DNA of 32,000 nt from Sutcliffiella rhizosphaerae. Lineage in GTDB: Bacteria > Bacillota > Bacilli > Bacillales > Bacillaceae_I. The stretch spans positions 77,118 through 109,117 of the forward strand of contig NZ_CAKJTJ010000009.1 in the NCBI RefSeq assembly GCF_917563925.1, written 5' to 3'. A program made the translations under genes and the position numbers. Every line of letters begins with the position of its first letter. Within the stretch, counting starts at the first letter, position 1. Shown here piece after piece: positions 21,978-32,000 of the stretch. A model generated the notes under the pieces. That model saw nothing but the letters and a program-made list of their open reading frames with translations, searched no databases and was not told where the DNA came from.

Positions 21978-23390
21978 CTAGCACTTCTCATGTGGAAGCA
22001 CCGTATCCGGGAAAATCTCGGTAGGGTACTTTCCTGTGAAGCATGCCATGCATTGCCCGCGCGATTCGCCATCAAATGGACGGTTAATCGCGTCGACCAT
22101 CCCAAATGGACTTAGAAATTCCAACGTATCAGCGCCGATTATCTCACGCATTTCCTCCAAGGAATGGGAAGAAGCAATCAATTCCTCGTGTGTCGAGGTA
22201 TCTATCCCGTAAAAACATGGATTCTTAATAGGTGGTGAGCTTATTCGCACATGCACTTCCGTTGCACCTGCTTCGCGAAGCATGCGGACAATTCGTTTGC
22301 TCGTTGTGCCACGAACAATTGAATCATCCACCATGACTACACGCTTTCCTTCTACCACCCCACGGACAGGAGAGAGCTTCATTTTCACTCCTTGCTCCCG
22401 TAACGATTGGGAAGGCTGGATGAAAGTCCGGCCAACATATCTATTTTTAATTAGGCCAAGCTCATATGGAATTCCGGAAAACTCGGCATAGCCGATGGCT
22501 GCGGAAATACTGGAATCCGGCACACCTGTTACGATATCTGCGTCAATCGGTGACTCAATTGCAAGTTGTTTTCCGAGACTTTTCCTAGCTGTATGGACAT
22601 TGATTCCATCGATATTGCTATCCGGACGGGAAAAATAAATATATTCCATGCTGCACATTGCGCGCTGGGTGTGCATCGTAAACCGCTCTGAATGTAGACC
22701 CCCATTGTCTATTATCAATAGCTCCCCAGGTTCAATATCACGGATAAATTCGGCTCCTACTATATCAAAAGCGCATGTTTCTGATGCTACAACATATGCG
22801 TCATTCAGCTTGCCAAGTGATAGTGGACGTAAGCCGTTTGGGTCCAGTGCTACCATCATTTCTGTCTCTGTCATGATTAAGAAGGCATAGGCTCCCTTTA
22901 ACATAGAAAGGGCGTTTTTCACGCGATCCTTCAACAAGGTATAGCCGCTTCTTTTAATAAGGTGTGCTAAAACTTCTGTATCTGAAGTTGTTTGCAGAAT
23001 GCTCCCCATTGACTCCAGTTGATGCTTTAGGGCATTCGCGTTTACTAGATTACCGTTATGAGCAAGTGCAAGACTACCCGTTTGCGAGTGGAACAAAAGT
23101 GGCTGGACGTTTTCATAGCCACCGCCTCCTGCTGTCGCATAGCGAACATGACCTATTGCCGCTTTACCAGGTAAATCATTCAGCCTGCCATTAGCAAATA
23201 CCTCGTTTACAAGGCCTTCCCCTTTAACTGCGACAAGCTTTTCACCATCTGTTGCCACGATGCCTGCGCCCTCTTGGCCACGGTGCTGTAAACTGTGCAA
23301 GCCATAATAGGTGATTTGAGGAGCTTCAGAATGGCCCCATATTCCAAACACTCCACACTCTTCGTTTAAGCCTTTTAGTTCAGCAAGCAT
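21978..23390 (-). CDS. purF: Amidophosphoribosyltransferase (glutamine PRPP amidotransferase), Fe-S type with propeptide
   Basis: [20 protein letters not shown] is an 11-residue propeptide before the catalytic Cys, as in B. subtilis PurF. C-terminal cluster cysteines are present ([10 protein letters not shown]). Confidence 0.95.
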   Translation of the reverse strand: MLAELKGLNEECGVFGIWGHSEAPQITYYGLHSLQHRGQEGAGIVATDGEKLVAVKGEGLVNEVFANGRLNDLPGKAAIGHVRYATAGGGGYENVQPLLFHSQTGSLALAHNGNLVNANALKHQLESMGSILQTTSDTEVLAHLIKRSGYTLLKDRVKNALSMLKGAYAFLIMTETEMMVALDPNGLRPLSLGKLNDAYVVASETCAFDIVGAEFIRDIEPGELLIIDNGGLHSERFTMHTQRAMCSMEYIYFSRPDSNIDGINVHTARKSLGKQLAIESPIDADIVTGVPDSSISAAIGYAEFSGIPYELGLIKNRYVGRTFIQPSQSLREQGVKMKLSPVRGVVEGKRVVMVDDSIVRGTTSKRIVRMLREAGATEVHVRISSPPIKNPCFYGIDTSTHEELIASSHSLEEMREIIGADTLEFLSPFGMVDAINRPFDGESRGQCMACFTGKYPTEIFPDTVLPHEKC

Positions 23391-25597
23391 GGAATTGCTC
23401 CTTTCCAGGCGTTGCGAAGGTCCTCTACAGACATGTGCAAAACAGCCTGGCTTGATTCAGTTTCCACATGAAGTGTATTTGTGGATGTGACATTTCCTAT
23501 TAATTTCGCATCTGTTACTTTTTTCTCAAACGCTTCTTGATTTTCGGGACGGACCGACACGATAAAGCGTGATTGGGTTTCACTGAATAACGCTGTAGTC
23601 ATCTCGCCTTCTAGCGTTATGGTTGCCCCTAGGCCGCTTGCTCCCATCGCACTTTCTGCTAGTGCCACTCCTATTCCACCTTCAGATACATCATGAGCCG
23701 ATGCTACTAAACCTGTTTGGATGGCTGATAATAGTTGTTCTTGTCGTTTAGCTTCAATATCTAAATCAATAGCTGGTGCTTTTCCGAAGATTTTGCCAGC
23801 TGTTAGTTTTTGTAGCTCACTGCCACCAAATTCCTCAGCCGTTTCTCCAATGACATAAATGAAGTCACCTTCTTGCTTAAATTCTTGAGTCGTTACGTGA
23901 GATAGGTCATCAATCAAACCAACCATACCAACAACAGGAGTAGGATAAACCGCAACTCCATTCGTTTCATTATATAAAGAGACATTTCCGCCGATAACTG
24001 GGGATTCCAGCTTGCGGCAAGCTTCACTCATGCCATCAGTCGCTTTTTCAATTTGCCAAAAGATCTCTGGCTTTTCTGGATTTCCAAAGTTTAAGCAGTC
24101 TGTGATTGCAAGTGGCTTTGCACCTGAACAGACAACATTACGTGCGGCTTCAGCTACAGCGATTTTTCCACCAACCTCTGGATCTAAATAAAGGTAACGG
24201 GAATTGCAGTCCGTTGTCATCGCAAGTGCTTTTTCTGTTCCGCGAATTCTAACTACGGCAGCGTCAGAGCCTGGTACTACTACTGTATTGGTACGTACCT
24301 GGTAGTCATACTGATCATACACCCATTCTTTGCTTGCAATAGTTGGTTGTTGGAGTAAAGCAAGTAAAGTTTCTTCATAGTTCGTTACTTCCGGAACTGC
24401 CACATCCATCTCTTGGAATTGACTGTAATATAAAGGTTCAGCAGACGGCTTATGATAGACAGGTGCCTCTTCTGCAAGAGCATCTACCGGTACATCTGCA
24501 ATAATGTCTCCTTTATGAAGTAAACGAAGCTTTTTATCGTCTGTCACTTTTCCGATTGCTACTGCTTCTAGGCCGTATTTTGCAACTATTTCATGTGCTT
24601 CATGCTCACGGCCTTTCTCTACAACGATAAGCATGCGTTCTTGGGATTCAGAAAGCATCATTTCATAACCTGTCATGCCTGTTTCACGTTGCGGTACTAA
24701 GTCTAGATTCATTTCGATTCCAGAGCCCGCTTTTGAGGCCATTTCTGCAGAGGAGCTTGTTAACCCTGCAGCTCCCATGTCCTGGATTCCCACAAGTCCG
24801 TCCCATTTCACAATTTCCAAACATGCTTCTAATAAAAGCTTTTCCATGAATGGATCGCCAACTTGAACAGCTGGGCGTTTTTCTTCTGATGCTTCAGATA
24901 GTTCTTCAGATGCAAAGGTAGCGCCATGAATACCGTCACGTCCTGTTTTTGCCCCAACATACATGACCGTATTTCCGACACCTTTCGCTTGCCCTTTTTT
25001 AATATCTTCATGGTTGATTAGACCAACACACATCGCATTTACTAAAGGATTACCATCATAGGCAGGATCGAACTGGATTTCGCCACCAACTGTTGGGATT
25101 CCCACACAGTTACCGTAGCCTGCAATTCCTGCCACTACTTCTTCAAACAAATATTTGACACGCGGAGAGGTTAATTCTCCAAAGCGCAAAGAGTTTAATA
25201 GTGCAATGGGACGTGCTCCCATGGAAAAGACATCACGGATGATTCCGCCGACACCTGTAGCTGCACCTTGATATGGCTCAATGGCAGACGGGTGGTTATG
25301 GCTTTCGATTTTGAACACGACCGCCTGATTATCACCGATGTCTACGATTCCTGCTCCTTCTCCTGGACCTTGCAATACTTTAGGTCCATCTGTAGGGAAT
25401 TTTCGTAAAACAGGCTTTGAGTTTTTATAGCTGCAGTGTTCCGACCACATAACAGAAAATAATCCAGTTTCCGTGTAGTTTGGCAGGCGTCCAAGAATTT
25501 TTTCTACCATTAAAAACTCTTCATCACTAAGACCCATTTCGCGGTAAATGCCATCCGCTTTAATCATCTCTGGATTTGGCTCAAGAAGTAACGACAT
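23375..25597 (-). CDS. purL: Phosphoribosylformylglycinamidine synthase subunit II
   Basis: The track ORF starts at 25651. The ATG at 25597 ([13 protein letters not shown]) follows the SD GGAGGG and gives about 740 aa, as in Bacillus PurL. It overlaps the purQ stop. Confidence 0.95.
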   Translation of the reverse strand: MSLLLEPNPEMIKADGIYREMGLSDEEFLMVEKILGRLPNYTETGLFSVMWSEHCSYKNSKPVLRKFPTDGPKVLQGPGEGAGIVDIGDNQAVVFKIESHNHPSAIEPYQGAATGVGGIIRDVFSMGARPIALLNSLRFGELTSPRVKYLFEEVVAGIAGYGNCVGIPTVGGEIQFDPAYDGNPLVNAMCVGLINHEDIKKGQAKGVGNTVMYVGAKTGRDGIHGATFASEELSEASEEKRPAVQVGDPFMEKLLLEACLEIVKWDGLVGIQDMGAAGLTSSSAEMASKAGSGIEMNLDLVPQRETGMTGYEMMLSESQERMLIVVEKGREHEAHEIVAKYGLEAVAIGKVTDDKKLRLLHKGDIIADVPVDALAEEAPVYHKPSAEPLYYSQFQEMDVAVPEVTNYEETLLALLQQPTIASKEWVYDQYDYQVRTNTVVVPGSDAAVVRIRGTEKALAMTTDCNSRYLYLDPEVGGKIAVAEAARNVVCSGAKPLAITDCLNFGNPEKPEIFWQIEKATDGMSEACRKLESPVIGGNVSLYNETNGVAVYPTPVVGMVGLIDDLSHVTTQEFKQEGDFIYVIGETAEEFGGSELQKLTAGKIFGKAPAIDLDIEAKRQEQLLSAIQTGLVASAHDVSEGGIGVALAESAMGASGLGATITLEGEMTTALFSETQSRFIVSVRPENQEAFEKKVTDAKLIGNVTSTNTLHVETESSQAVLHMSVEDLRNAWKGAIPCLLN

Positions 25598-26267
25598 ATG
25601 ATTCCCTCCAATTACGAACGATAGATTGAAAGAGTTTAAGGCCATCCGCACTTCCTAAAAGGCTTGAAACGGCTCTTTCAGGGTGTGGCATCATGCCTAG
25701 GACATTTCCTTTTTCATTTACAATCCCAGCAATATCATGTAGACTACCATTTGGATTATCACCATTATAGGAAAACGCAATTTGCCCATTGCGTACTAAT
25801 TCCCCTAAAGTTTTCTCATCACAATAGTAATTTCCTTCCCCATGTGCGATGGGGATGGTGATAATCTCTTCTTTTTCATAGGCTGACGTAAACATAGTCT
25901 TGTTGTTGACCACTTTTAGTTCCACAGGACGGCACATAAATTTTAAGTTCTTGTTTCTTCTCATTGCCCCTGGAAGAAGACCCGACTCTAACAAAATTTG
26001 AAATCCGTTACATACCCCAAGAATAGGCTTCCCCGCTTCAGCCGCTCTTTTCACCTCAAGCATGACATTGGAAAAACGTGCGATTGCGCCAGATCTTAGG
26101 TAATCCCCATAAGAAAATCCACCAGGTAGTAATATTCCGTCGTACTCCTCTAGGTTTGTTGCATCATGCCACACATACTCGACTTCTTCCCCAAGTTCGT
26201 CTTTGATGGCCTGAAACATGTCTACATCACAGTTGGAGCCCGGAAACACGATGACTGCAAATTTCAC
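25581..26267 (-). CDS. purQ: Phosphoribosylformylglycinamidine synthase subunit I (glutaminase)
   Basis: 228-aa class I glutamine amidotransferase ([25 protein letters not shown]). Confidence 0.95.
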   Translation of the reverse strand: MKFAVIVFPGSNCDVDMFQAIKDELGEEVEYVWHDATNLEEYDGILLPGGFSYGDYLRSGAIARFSNVMLEVKRAAEAGKPILGVCNGFQILLESGLLPGAMRRNKNLKFMCRPVELKVVNNKTMFTSAYEKEEIITIPIAHGEGNYYCDEKTLGELVRNGQIAFSYNGDNPNGSLHDIAGIVNEKGNVLGMMPHPERAVSSLLGSADGLKLFQSIVRNWRESYVVTS

Positions 26268-26518
26268 GACCCAACAACCTCCTCCACCTCATAACGGAAG
26301 TCTTCAATGACAGTGTTTGCAAGTAAACGCTCACACATTTCTTTTACAAGGACATCAAGATCGCGGTCTGTCTTTGCGATTGTCAGTTCTAAGTATTTAC
26401 CGATGCGCACTTCTTCCACTTCTTGATAAGAAAGACTATGAAGTGAATTTTTCACCGCTGTCCCCTGTGGATCTAGTACACTTTCTCTTAATGTTACAAA
26501 TACCTTCACTTTATACAT
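26264..26518 (-). CDS. purS: Phosphoribosylformylglycinamidine synthase subunit PurS
   Basis: [19 protein letters not shown]...[12 protein letters not shown] is nearly identical in pattern to the 84-aa B. subtilis PurS. The track ORF (98 aa, start 26560) is over-extended. Confidence 0.93.
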   Translation of the reverse strand: MYKVKVFVTLRESVLDPQGTAVKNSLHSLSYQEVEEVRIGKYLELTIAKTDRDLDVLVKEMCERLLANTVIEDFRYEVEEVVGS

Positions 26519-27236
26519 GCTGCTCTCCTCCAATACGCTCCAGTATTTTTTCATATGCATCTGTCAAACTTCCTAGATTGCGACGGAAAACATCCTTATC
26601 CAGTTTTTCGTTAGTCGCTATATCCCATAGGCGGCAAGTATCTGGTGACACTTCGTCTGCCAGGATGATTTTGCCTTCATTTGTCTTTCCAAACTCCAGT
26701 TTAAAATCTACTAAACGCAAATCTTTACTTGCAAAAAACTTCGATAATATTGCATTGACCTTACGTGCCACATGCTTCAACATATCCACTTCAGCAGGTG
26801 TAGCAAGCTTTAGGATTTCAATATGATCTTCGGTAATGAGTGGATCCCCAAGGCTATCATCCTTGTAATAGAATTCCACCACTGGTTCTTGTATAGGGAT
26901 GCCTTCCTCGATACCAAGTCGCTTTGCCATGCTTCCTGCAGTGATGTTTCGAACGACCACTTCAAGAGGAATGATATCAACTTTTCTAACAATCTGTTCT
27001 GTTTCTGACTTTCGCTCTAAAAAATGATTTTCTACACCAGCTTCATGAAGCATAGAGAATAATAAACTAGTAATCTCATTATTCAAACGGCCCTTGCCGG
27101 TAATATCTGCTTTCTTTTCACCGTTAAAGGCAGTTGCGGAGTTTTTGTACTCTATCCAGACGACATCCTCATCTGTTGTCGTATATACTAGTTTTGCCTT
27201 GCCTTCGTAAAGTAAAGCCGTCTTCTCAACAGTCAT
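26511..27236 (-). CDS. purC: Phosphoribosylaminoimidazole-succinocarboxamide (SAICAR) synthase
   Basis: LLYEGKAK..., GKGRLNNEI and SPDTCRLWD motifs are present. The ATG at 27236 follows the SD GAGGAGG and gives 241 aa. The track start is 27254. Confidence 0.95.
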   Translation of the reverse strand: MTVEKTALLYEGKAKLVYTTTDEDVVWIEYKNSATAFNGEKKADITGKGRLNNEITSLLFSMLHEAGVENHFLERKSETEQIVRKVDIIPLEVVVRNITAGSMAKRLGIEEGIPIQEPVVEFYYKDDSLGDPLITEDHIEILKLATPAEVDMLKHVARKVNAILSKFFASKDLRLVDFKLEFGKTNEGKIILADEVSPDTCRLWDIATNEKLDKDVFRRNLGSLTDAYEKILERIGGEQHV

Positions 27237-27311
27237 GAAAATCCTCCTCTGCATTCATGCATGGGCAGATGCCGGTAATCAACTAAGATTACCGACAAAG
27301 CCAAGTTTTTC

Positions 27312-28604
27312 TTATAGTCCTAAGCGATCAAAAATCGTATCAACATGCTGCAAGTGATAATTGTAATCGAAGCAATCTGCAATTTGGGCTTCAGTCATGC
27401 GGGAGGTAATTTTCTCTTCCCCTTCCACCAATTGACGGAAAGGTACTTGTTTTTCCCATGCTTCCATTGCTTTTGGTTGAACCGTATCGTATGCTTCTTC
27501 GCGGGATAGACCTGTATCAATAAGTGCTAACAAAACACGTTGAGAGTAAATAAGCCCTAACGTACGGTCCATATTGCGCTTCATGTTTTCCGGGAACACC
27601 GTCAAGTTTTTAATGATGTTACCAAAACGGTTTAACATATAGTTCAACGCAATCGTGCTATCCGGTAAGATGATTCGCTCAGCTGACGAGTGGGAGATAT
27701 CACGTTCATGCCACAGTGGTACATTTTCGTAAGCAGTCATCATGTATCCTCTGATCACGCGCGCAAGTCCCGTCATATTTTCAGAACCAATTGGATTACG
27801 CTTATGTGGCATGGCGGATGAGCCTTTTTGTCCTTTTGCAAAAAATTCCTCAACCTCACGCGTTTCACTCTTTTGTAATCCACGTACTTCCACTGCAAAT
27901 TTTTCAATGGACGTTGCAATAAGTGCTAGGGTGCTTAAGTAATGTGCATGACGGTCACGCTGCAATGTTTGAGTGGAAATCGGTGCATGCTTGATGCCAA
28001 GTTTTTCACACACATATTCTTCTACGAATGGATTGATGTTTGCGTAAGTTCCAACCGCTCCGGAAATTTTTCCGTATTCTATACCTTCTGCCGCTTGCTT
28101 GAAGCGCTCTAGGTTACGTTTCATCTCTTCATACCATAATGCAAGCTTTAGCCCAAATGTTGTTGGCTCAGCGTGCACACCATGTGTACGACCCATCATG
28201 ACAGTGTATTTATGCTCTTGCGCTTTTTCTTTTAAAATAGAGATAAATCGCTCTAAATCAGCTAGTATTATTTCATTTGCTTGCTTCAACTGATAGGAAA
28301 GTGCCGTATCTACTACATCTGTGGAAGTTAAGCCATAGTGTACCCACTTTTTCTCCTCGCCTAGCGTTTCTGAAACTGCTCTTGTAAAAGCAACAACATC
28401 ATGGCGAGTTTCCTCTTCTATTTCCTTAATACGATTGATATCAAAGGAAGCCTTTTCTCTCAGAACCTTCACGTCTTCTTTTGGAATGTCACCAAGCTCA
28501 GCCCATGCCTCACATGCAAGTATTTCTACTTCCAGCCATGCTTGAAAACGGTTCTCTTCCGTCCAAATTGCACCCATTTCGGGTCTTGTATAACGTTCAA
28601 TCAT
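27312..28604 (-). CDS. purB: Adenylosuccinate lyase
   Basis: 430 aa with [11 protein letters not shown] and the fumarate-lyase signature [10 protein letters not shown]. The start overlaps the purK stop. Confidence 0.95.
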   Translation of the reverse strand: MIERYTRPEMGAIWTEENRFQAWLEVEILACEAWAELGDIPKEDVKVLREKASFDINRIKEIEEETRHDVVAFTRAVSETLGEEKKWVHYGLTSTDVVDTALSYQLKQANEIILADLERFISILKEKAQEHKYTVMMGRTHGVHAEPTTFGLKLALWYEEMKRNLERFKQAAEGIEYGKISGAVGTYANINPFVEEYVCEKLGIKHAPISTQTLQRDRHAHYLSTLALIATSIEKFAVEVRGLQKSETREVEEFFAKGQKGSSAMPHKRNPIGSENMTGLARVIRGYMMTAYENVPLWHERDISHSSAERIILPDSTIALNYMLNRFGNIIKNLTVFPENMKRNMDRTLGLIYSQRVLLALIDTGLSREEAYDTVQPKAMEAWEKQVPFRQLVEGEEKITSRMTEAQIADCFDYNYHLQHVDTIFDRLGL

Positions 28605-29755
28605 GTCAAAATCCTCCGATCATCTTTCTGCCATATCTGCCATGAAGCCTCTTGCTCCAAAGCCTGTTCTATTGTATCAGCTAAAATATTAATATGTCCC
28701 ATCTTGCGTTTTTCTTTTTTCTCCGCTTTCCCATATAAGTGAAGCTTCGCATTTTCATAGTTCGGGATTTTTTCGATAGCTGTATCTACATGCTCTCCTA
28801 ATAGATTAACCATAACCACTGGCTTCCATAAGGATGTTTTTCCAAGCGGGAAGCCCGTTATTGCTCGGACGTGCTGCTCAAACTGTGACGTTTCACAAGC
28901 ATCGATCGTATAATGACCGGAATTGTGAGGGCGTGGAGCAAGTTCATTAATATATATCGTTCCATCCTCCATCACGAACATTTCGACTGCTAGTGTTCCG
29001 ATCAACTTTAGATGTTTAGCAAGCACTTGAGCGCTTTGAAGTGCCTTCTTCTCAAGCTTTTGGTCGATTAGCGCTGGAACAATTGTTTTATATAAAATAT
29101 TTTCTCTATGTTCATTTTCCCCAACTGGGAACGTGGTCATTTCACCTGTAGTTCCCCTTGCTACTACTACGGATATTTCCTTTGTAAAAGGGATCCACTT
29201 TTCAAGCACACATTCACCGTTTTGAAGCAGTTGTGCTGCTCGTTCTATATCCTTTTCTCCCCTTAGTACAACCTGTCCTTTTCCATCATACCCAAAACGA
29301 CAAGTTTTAAGGACGCTTGGAAATCCAAGTTCTTCAATTCCCTCTATTAGCTGTGTGGAAGAGGTAACTTCTTTATAAGGTGCAACCGGCAAGCCAGCAG
29401 CTTCTATCGCCTTTTTTTCGGTGATACGGTGCTGGGTTGTTTTTAACACTGCACTTCCTTGTGGGAGATATGCGTGCTTTTCCAACCAAGTCAGAGCATC
29501 GTAATCAATGTTTTCAAATTCATAGGTGATGACATCCGAAAGCTCTGCAAGTTTCTTGATTGCGCTCAAATCGTTAAAGGGAGCAGTGATTTCAACGTCC
29601 GCTAACTGTCCACATGGCGAATTCGGTGTCGGGTCAAGAACTGCAATTTTATACCCCATCGCTTTTGCTGGGATTGCCATCATTCTACCAAGTTGTCCCC
29701 CGCCAATTATGCCGATGGTTGCTGGTGGTACGATGTGTTTAAACAAGCTGTTCAC
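28601..29755 (-). CDS. purK: 5-(carboxyamino)imidazole ribonucleotide synthase
   Basis: 384-aa ATP-grasp protein ([13 protein letters not shown]). It overlaps the purE 3' end. Confidence 0.93.
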   Translation of the reverse strand: MNSLFKHIVPPATIGIIGGGQLGRMMAIPAKAMGYKIAVLDPTPNSPCGQLADVEITAPFNDLSAIKKLAELSDVITYEFENIDYDALTWLEKHAYLPQGSAVLKTTQHRITEKKAIEAAGLPVAPYKEVTSSTQLIEGIEELGFPSVLKTCRFGYDGKGQVVLRGEKDIERAAQLLQNGECVLEKWIPFTKEISVVVARGTTGEMTTFPVGENEHRENILYKTIVPALIDQKLEKKALQSAQVLAKHLKLIGTLAVEMFVMEDGTIYINELAPRPHNSGHYTIDACETSQFEQHVRAITGFPLGKTSLWKPVVMVNLLGEHVDTAIEKIPNYENAKLHLYGKAEKKEKRKMGHINILADTIEQALEQEASWQIWQKDDRRILT

Positions 29756-30227
29756 TACTTTCTATTACTTGTTGTTCTATCTGTTTTCTTCTTGTCTCAA
29801 GACGTTCTGCTGTTTTTTCATCAAAAGCACTAATGATTTGCGCCGCAAGAAGTCCCGCGTTTGTTGCACCAGCTTTCCCTATTGCAACAGTTGCAACAGG
29901 AACACCACCTGGCATTTGAACAATCGAAAGCAAGGAATCGAGACCGTTTAAGCTTTTGGATTGAACAGGGACCCCTATCACAGGCAAAGTCGTCTTTGCC
30001 GCTACCATTCCTGGTAAATGTGCGGCACCACCAGCGCCTGCAATAATAACTTTCAAGCCTTTTTCACGTGCTTGTTCTGCATAGGTAAACATCAAATCTG
30101 GCGTGCGGTGTGCGGACACCACTTGCTTTTCGTACGGTATATGTAGCTCATCAAGCATGTCACAAGCATATTTCATCGTTTCCCAATCGGATGTACTTCC
30201 CATGATTACGCCAACTAATGCGTTCAT
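29739..30227 (-). CDS. purE: 5-(carboxyamino)imidazole ribonucleotide mutase
   Basis: [15 protein letters not shown] and [10 protein letters not shown] motifs are present. The ATG at 30227 lies 8 nt after the SD AAAGGAG and gives 162 aa. The track's GTG at 30236 overlaps the 3' end of the SD region and is too close to it to be the start. Confidence 0.95.
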   Translation of the reverse strand: MNALVGVIMGSTSDWETMKYACDMLDELHIPYEKQVVSAHRTPDLMFTYAEQAREKGLKVIIAGAGGAAHLPGMVAAKTTLPVIGVPVQSKSLNGLDSLLSIVQMPGGVPVATVAIGKAGATNAGLLAAQIISAFDEKTAERLETRRKQIEQQVIESSEQLV

Positions 30228-30330
30228 ATGTTCCACTCCTTTGGTTTCATTTCCTTTTACACAGTTCAGGATTTCGCTGAAAAAATACCTCGAACCACTT
30301 ATCTATTTCCTAAGATCCATTTTTTATCTC

Positions 30331-30397
30331 AAAACAGAAAAGCCCAGCATAGACGCCATCCCTTTAATAAAGAGGGAAAGCAGTCCACCTGGGCTTT
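30331..30397 (-). terminator. Riboswitch expression-platform terminator in the purE leader
   Basis: The minus RNA reads AAAGCCCAG...CUGGGCUUU (arms at 30389-30397 and 30338-30347), followed by UCUGUUUU. It lies between the aptamer and the purE SD. Confidence 0.75.
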
Positions 30398-30452
30398 CAT
30401 CGCATAGAAAACAGACACATCGCCATGAAAAACATAGATAGTGCAAACTTCC

Positions 30453-30522
30453 CCTCATAGTCCGATCCATTTAAGGTGGTCAGGTAGAGACTTATGGGCC
30501 ATATTCCCAAAATTATATGAGG
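30453..30522 (-). promoter_or_regulatory. Purine riboswitch aptamer, guanine class (C at the discriminator, GACUAUG)
   Basis: The minus RNA is CCUCAUAUAAUUUUGGGAAUAUGGCCCAUAAGUCUCUACCUGACCACCUUAAAUGGAUCGGACUAUGAGG. It matches the G-box consensus (P1 CUCAUA/UAUGAG, UAUAAU, GGAUAUGG-like L2, CUACC, UAAAU L3) and closely resembles the B. subtilis purE leader as I recall it. Confidence 0.88.
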
Positions 30523-30550
30523 TTTCGTTATTTCATTGTTATCTACGTCT

Positions 30551-30579
30551 ATTTTATCGTCAAAATCCTTGGATGTCAA
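30551..30579 (-). promoter_or_regulatory. SigmaA promoter of the pur operon
   Basis: On the minus strand: TTGACA (30579-30574), a 17-nt spacer, then TAAAAT (30556-30551), about 30 nt upstream of riboswitch P1. Confidence 0.75.
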
Positions 30580-30628
30580 CGAAAATCATGAACAATAATC
30601 TGTTATCTTTTGTTAATGTTCGGGTTTT
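30575..30628 (-). promoter_or_regulatory. Putative PurR operator (PurBox-like sites in inverted orientation)
   Basis: The minus strand reads AAAACCCGAACATTA (30628-30613), close to the PurBox consensus AWWWCCGAACWWT. Weaker inverted partners lie on the plus strand (GTCAACGAAAATCA at 30575-30588, overlapping the -35, and ATGAACAAT at 30588-30596). I did not check spacing against the B. subtilis operator. Confidence 0.5.
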
Positions 30629-30633
30629 AAATC

Positions 30634-30840
30634 TTATTTTTCCATTAATTTTCCTTCAAATACAATTTTTCTGCCAATTGGCTGTACTTCCTTGTGACCG
30701 TTCTTTACCGTTTCTTGAAAAATTGGCTCTTCCATTCTACGGGTTGGCGAATAACCTTCCTTCGCCATTCTGTTCAGACAGTCATTAATGGATTCATTAT
30801 CCATTACTTCGAACTTTCTTCTTTGTGGCGTTTTGCCCAT
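30634..30840 (-). CDS. yebG: NETI-motif protein (YebG-like)
   Basis: 68 aa. The sequence [28 protein letters not shown] matches the NETI-motif family (NESI here). The gene lies immediately upstream of the pur promoter, as yebG does in B. subtilis. Confidence 0.7.
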   Translation of the reverse strand: MGKTPQRRKFEVMDNESINDCLNRMAKEGYSPTRRMEEPIFQETVKNGHKEVQPIGRKIVFEGKLMEK

Positions 30841-31379
30841 TCTTTGATTTTCCTTTCCTTGACAGCCTTCACCCAGAAACCGCCATGAATGGTTTTTGGT
30901 TCATATGCGATGATAAACGCTTTTGGGTCATATTCTTTAATGGCATGGTATAAGCTGACTTCATATTTTCGCGGGGTTAAAATCTGCATTGCCATACGAT
31001 CCCCTTCAAGACCATTCGCCTGCCAGTTCGTAACTCCGTATCCCTTCTCCCGCAATAGCTTTGGGAGGTCTTTATCATATTCTTTCGTAATCACATTTAC
31101 CGTTGTATATCCAAGTGCAAGTTTTTCCTCTATTTTCATACCGACGATGACACCGATTCCATATCCAAGAGCATATGCAGCTAAGTTTTGTATTTCATTT
31201 AAGTTATCAAGAACAAGCCCAAGACCTACCACATAGATAACTACTTCTACCATACTAATTCCAGCTGCGAGATAGCGCTGGCCTTTCAATGTCAAAATCA
31301 TTCTTATTGTAAAAAACGAGACATAGACTATATTGATGACAATGATGATAGCTACCATTATCAAACTGTTTTCAAGCAA
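30804..31379 (-). CDS. yebE: UPF0316/DUF2179 membrane protein (YebE-like)
   Basis: 191 aa with three N-terminal TM helices and a C-terminal DUF2179-like soluble domain. The TTG start lies 9 nt after the SD AAGGAGG. It overlaps the yebG start by 37 nt. Confidence 0.7.
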   Translation of the reverse strand: MLENSLIMVAIIIVINIVYVSFFTIRMILTLKGQRYLAAGISMVEVVIYVVGLGLVLDNLNEIQNLAAYALGYGIGVIVGMKIEEKLALGYTTVNVITKEYDKDLPKLLREKGYGVTNWQANGLEGDRMAMQILTPRKYEVSLYHAIKEYDPKAFIIAYEPKTIHGGFWVKAVKERKIKEWAKRHKEESSK

Positions 31380-31572
31380 AATCCCCTGCCTCCTTGATGA
31401 GAAATCTAGTTACTAATTTTAATGGAAAATACTATCACCTGTAAATAGTACAATCAAATTAATTGGACCATAGTCCTAGAAGTGTTAGGATGGTATAGCT
31501 GGCGTTTTTAAAACAAATACTTATTTTATTAGGAAAGAAGTGATGTGACATTTTTAGAGGAGTGAATTTTAT

Positions 31573-32000
31573 ATGAAGAAAACAACCCCAGTATTTATTG
31601 TTTCTATTATTATTGCTACCTTATTCATCGGATGGGGAGTACTTCCGGTCAGTATGATCGGAGATGCGGCACTTGGCCCTGTTACAACCGATATACAAGG
31701 CTTTATTGTTGAAAAATTTGGCTGGTTTTATTTATTAACTGCAACTGGATTTTTACTTTTTTCCATTATCCTCATTTTCACAAAGTATGGAAATATAAAA
31801 CTAGGCAAGGACTCTGACGAACCAGATTACAACTATCTTACCTGGTTTGCGATGTTGTTCAGTGCCGGTATGGGTATCGGATTAGTATTTTGGGGTGCTT
31901 CAGAGCCAATTTATCATTTTTTCGCCCCACCTACTGGAGAGGGAGGAACAGCTGAAGCGGCCAGAGTAGCAATGCGCTATTCATTTTTCCATTGGGGACT
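31573..32000 (+). CDS. BCCT-family betaine/choline/carnitine transporter (OpuD-like), 3'-truncated by the window edge
   Basis: Not in the track because no stop occurs within the window. The SD AGAGGAG precedes the ATG at 31573. The translation MKKTTPVFIVSIIIATLF...FGWFYLL...LTWFAMLFSAGMGIGLVFWGASEPIYHF...RYSFFHWG carries the BCCT signature. Confidence 0.85.
   Translation, partial: MKKTTPVFIVSIIIATLFIGWGVLPVSMIGDAALGPVTTDIQGFIVEKFGWFYLLTATGFLLFSIILIFTKYGNIKLGKDSDEPDYNYLTWFAMLFSAGMGIGLVFWGASEPIYHFFAPPTGEGGTAEAARVAMRYSFFHWG

Overview
This is a Bacillaceae-type chromosomal housekeeping window, AT-rich by eye (not computed), with almost all genes on the minus strand. Read right to left, it matches my memory of the Bacillus subtilis order: yebE, yebG, then the 12-gene purine operon purEKBCSQLFMNHD with a sigmaA promoter, PurBox-like sites and a guanine riboswitch with terminator. 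These are followed by yerA-like, yerB-like and yerC-like genes, pcrB-pcrA-ligA-yerH(camS), then proline-utilisation genes (pruA/rocA-type dehydrogenase, putP), a secreted DUF4397 protein and an IlvE-type aminotransferase. A 5'-partial BCCT transporter sits at the right edge. I found no tRNA or rRNA genes, transposases, prophage genes, cas genes or recognisable defence genes. The one thing ordinary annotation does not explain is a family of five intergenic tandem arrays with a strict 21-bp period and a related AT-rich core (ATATCGAAAA-like). Two of these arrays inflate the purF|purM and purH|purD intercistronic gaps inside the pur operon to about 316 and 350 bp. Because 21 nt is 7 codons, the arrays create heptad-repeat pseudo-ORFs in the six-frame track. 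I treat these as non-coding. I also flag two Shine-Dalgarno-led small ORFs missing from the track, several N-terminal corrections to track ORFs, and a few hairpins. All homology calls rest on my recall of protein families, since no searches were run.
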